47,504 nt of DNA from a virus (lineage: Duplodnaviria > Caudoviricetes), in IMG/VR virus record IMGVR_UViG_3300044983_000169, positions 1 to 47,504 of that record, one strand, 5' to 3'. Position 1 is the first letter of the stretch; each line of letters starts with the position of its first letter. Below, piece after piece: positions 45,423-47,504 of the stretch. The notes under the pieces were generated by a model. The model was not told the origin of the DNA and made no database searches. It was given only the letters and a program-made list of their open reading frames with translations. The position numbers and the translations under genes were made by a program.

Positions 45423-45604
45423 CCGTCAACCCCCGCGGGCGCCTTCGGGGTGCTGAGCCGGGCACCCACCCAGGACCCGGCCAGCACCACCGCACCCGCG
45501 ACGGCAAGGCCACCCCAGCCCAGCCACGGGAACACCAGCGCACACACGCCGGCCGCCACGAGCAGGAGGCCCAGCACGTCCAGCAACGTCGTCACCAGCT
45601 CCAC
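45419..45604 (-). CDS. Small membrane protein between terL and portal
   Basis: Hydrophobic 61 aa; GGGGAGG RBS. Confidence 0.7.
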   Translation of the reverse strand: MELVTTLLDVLGLLLVAAGVCALVFPWLGWGGLAVAGAVVLAGSWVGARLSTPKAPAGVDG

Positions 45605-45616
45605 GCGGACCTCCCC

Positions 45617-47077
45617 TCAGTAGACCGATTGGAGAATGTCGTAGTCGGGCTGCCTCAGAAGCATCCACAGGGCCCCCGACGCGGAGACGATCGGAGAGAT
45701 GTCCGCCGACTTGCGCCGCGACCACGTCCACAGATCGTCGCCGAGCGGCCGCTTCACCGCGCCGCCCAGCGCCATCTCGTAGGCCGGATCGCCATCGTGC
45801 GTCAGGCCCCGATCAGCTACCAGCTTCTGCATCTGCGCACACGCCCGGCCCATGTCCTGGCCGGTCAACTCCTCCAGCGTGACCCCGAGTTCAGTCAAGC
45901 CAGGGGCCAGCGCCTTGGCCGCGCCCGTACCCAGCACACCGAACCGAGCGCCGGGGTACCGGTCGGCCAGTTCCTTGACCCGGCCGTCCTGCCCCTCCAT
46001 CCAAGCCACGCCGCCGCGGTAGTCCGCCAACTCCAGACGCGGCTGACCGGACAACATCACCGAGGCGGTGATACTGCCCGACGCGAGGCCAGGGGACGCG
46101 TCGATGAAGAAGCACGGCGTTCCAGCTGGTCGCTCCTGCACGTCCCATCGGAGGGCCACCCAAGCGCCCGTCTCGATCGGCCGTTCCTCGTCCTCGGCCA
46201 GATCGAACCAGCCGAGACGCTCGCGTCCGAACTCCTGCGGCGGTAGCGCGCGCCGCTCCGCCCGGACGAACTCGTAGGTGATGCGCTTGCCGACCGTGTG
46301 CGAGGCCATCGGCCACAGCGACTCGTCATCCAGCGCACAGCCCTCGACGCCGACCGCGTGCGAGCAGTTCTGCCCCGCGGCGCACGGCGGGGCGTCCCAT
46401 CCGCCCGGCGCGCAATACTCGACCCAGACCAGGGACGGATCGCCGCCCTTGCGCCCGCGATCCCGCAGATTCCGAAGATGGTCACTGCCGGCCAGGCCCG
46501 CACTCGATCCGTACAGGATCTGCGGGTCCTCACGGGCCGACAAGGTCGGGATCAACGCGCCCATCGACTCAGCCGACAGGAACAGCGCCTCGTCCATCAC
46601 CAGGCGCTTACCGCCCAGACCGCGGCCGCCGCCCTTGCTGCGGGCCAGGAACTCCAGCCTGGCCCCGGAGTGGAGCTCGACGGATTCCTCACCGTTCGCG
46701 TACGTGATCTTCTTGACGCGCTTGGACAGGTACGAAGTCGCGTCGATCAGCCGGCAGACGTCCGCGAACGCATCTCTCGCCGTCCGGAACAGGTGCGCAG
46801 TCCACACGATCCGGTCCGCGTCGAACAGGAACAGATCGGCGAGCACCACCGGCATGATGACGCCGCCGGTCTTCCCGTTCTGCCGCGCCTCGATGATCGC
46901 CGCTTCGAGGGCCACCCACCGGGCGCCACGGCCGTACGACAGGATCGCGTCCACCGCGAGGCGCTGATCGGCGTCCAGCTTCCGACCGGCCAACTCGATC
47001 AGGTCCGCAGCCTCATCGCCATACGAGCCGACACGGTCCGGCACCCACAGGTGCGCCGGGCCGACGAGATCAGGCAC
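45617..47077 (-). CDS. terL: Terminase large subunit
   Basis: Walker A ARQNGKT, Walker B VMDEA, nuclease FFIDAS and DISP. Confidence 0.93.
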   Translation of the reverse strand: MPDLVGPAHLWVPDRVGSYGDEAADLIELAGRKLDADQRLAVDAILSYGRGARWVALEAAIIEARQNGKTGGVIMPVVLADLFLFDADRIVWTAHLFRTARDAFADVCRLIDATSYLSKRVKKITYANGEESVELHSGARLEFLARSKGGGRGLGGKRLVMDEALFLSAESMGALIPTLSAREDPQILYGSSAGLAGSDHLRNLRDRGRKGGDPSLVWVEYCAPGGWDAPPCAAGQNCSHAVGVEGCALDDESLWPMASHTVGKRITYEFVRAERRALPPQEFGRERLGWFDLAEDEERPIETGAWVALRWDVQERPAGTPCFFIDASPGLASGSITASVMLSGQPRLELADYRGGVAWMEGQDGRVKELADRYPGARFGVLGTGAAKALAPGLTELGVTLEELTGQDMGRACAQMQKLVADRGLTHDGDPAYEMALGGAVKRPLGDDLWTWSRRKSADISPIVSASGALWMLLRQPDYDILQSVY

Positions 47078-47447
47078 CCGCGGTCTTCCTCATCCGCCGC
47101 TGCGTCAACTCGTCCAGCGCGTCATCGGCGGCAGGAGCATCCGCCAAGGCCTCGGCCATGACCGCACGAAGCTCGCGGCTCACCGACGCCCGCGCCGACC
47201 CCGTGTCGAACGGCGAAGCCATCTGGCGCGCCAGTTCGACGGCCTGCTGGCCGAGCACACCATCGAGCCGACCCGCGGCCTGCAACTCGCGGCGCACCGC
47301 TGCCACAAGCGGCGGCTCCGCGGAATCGACGCTCGCGGCCTGCCGGCCCTTCCGAGAGCCGCGCTGCCGACAGGTGTCACTGCAGTACTTCGCCGACGGG
47401 TGCCGCTGCTCGATCGATTCGCCGCAACCCGCACATGATCGGCCCAT
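47070..47447 (-). CDS. terS: Terminase small subunit
   Basis: First gene, overlaps terL; DALDEL..RR C-terminus; N-terminal Zn finger; GAGGAGG RBS. Confidence 0.75.
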   Translation of the reverse strand: MGRSCAGCGESIEQRHPSAKYCSDTCRQRGSRKGRQAASVDSAEPPLVAAVRRELQAAGRLDGVLGQQAVELARQMASPFDTGSARASVSRELRAVMAEALADAPAADDALDELTQRRMRKTAGA

Positions 47448-47504
47448 TCGGGGGCCTCCTCACGGGGTGTGACCGCCATAGCTCAAGAGAGAGAAATGGT
47501 TGAC

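Larger units (their letters stand above)
1..47504 (-). mobile_element. Complete temperate actinophage genome (siphovirus-like, probably cos-packaged)
   Basis: Full packaging, head, tail, lysis, integration, immunity and replication gene set; ends lie between HNH and terS; no host housekeeping genes. Confidence 0.93.

Overview
The window looks like one complete ~47.5 kb genome of a temperate, high-GC siphovirus of a filamentous actinomycete, mostly on the minus strand. It reads as excised or virion-form DNA: the ends fall between the HNH gene and the small terminase (expected cos position), attP looks intact, and no host genes are present. From the right end (minus strand): terminase, portal, protease, HK97-type capsid, a free-standing EndoVII nuclease, an expanded head/neck cluster with a Pro/Thr/Val repeat protein, tail genes (TAC -1 frameshift, tape measure with NlpC/P60), a CpdA-like metallophosphoesterase, lysis genes and a tRNA-like structured non-coding tract. 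The centre carries the most unusual feature, an apparent Streptomyces-type conjugation module (GntR and RHH regulators, DUF2637-like membrane protein, TraB-like FtsK translocase, clt-like CCTAAC repeats) beside attP and the tyrosine integrase. The left arm holds the repressor/Cro/Xis switch, recombination genes, a short initiator with a non-coding iteron origin, a nuclease-DnaB(N) fusion and many small genes. All functional calls come from motif recognition and gene order by eye; no database searches were run.
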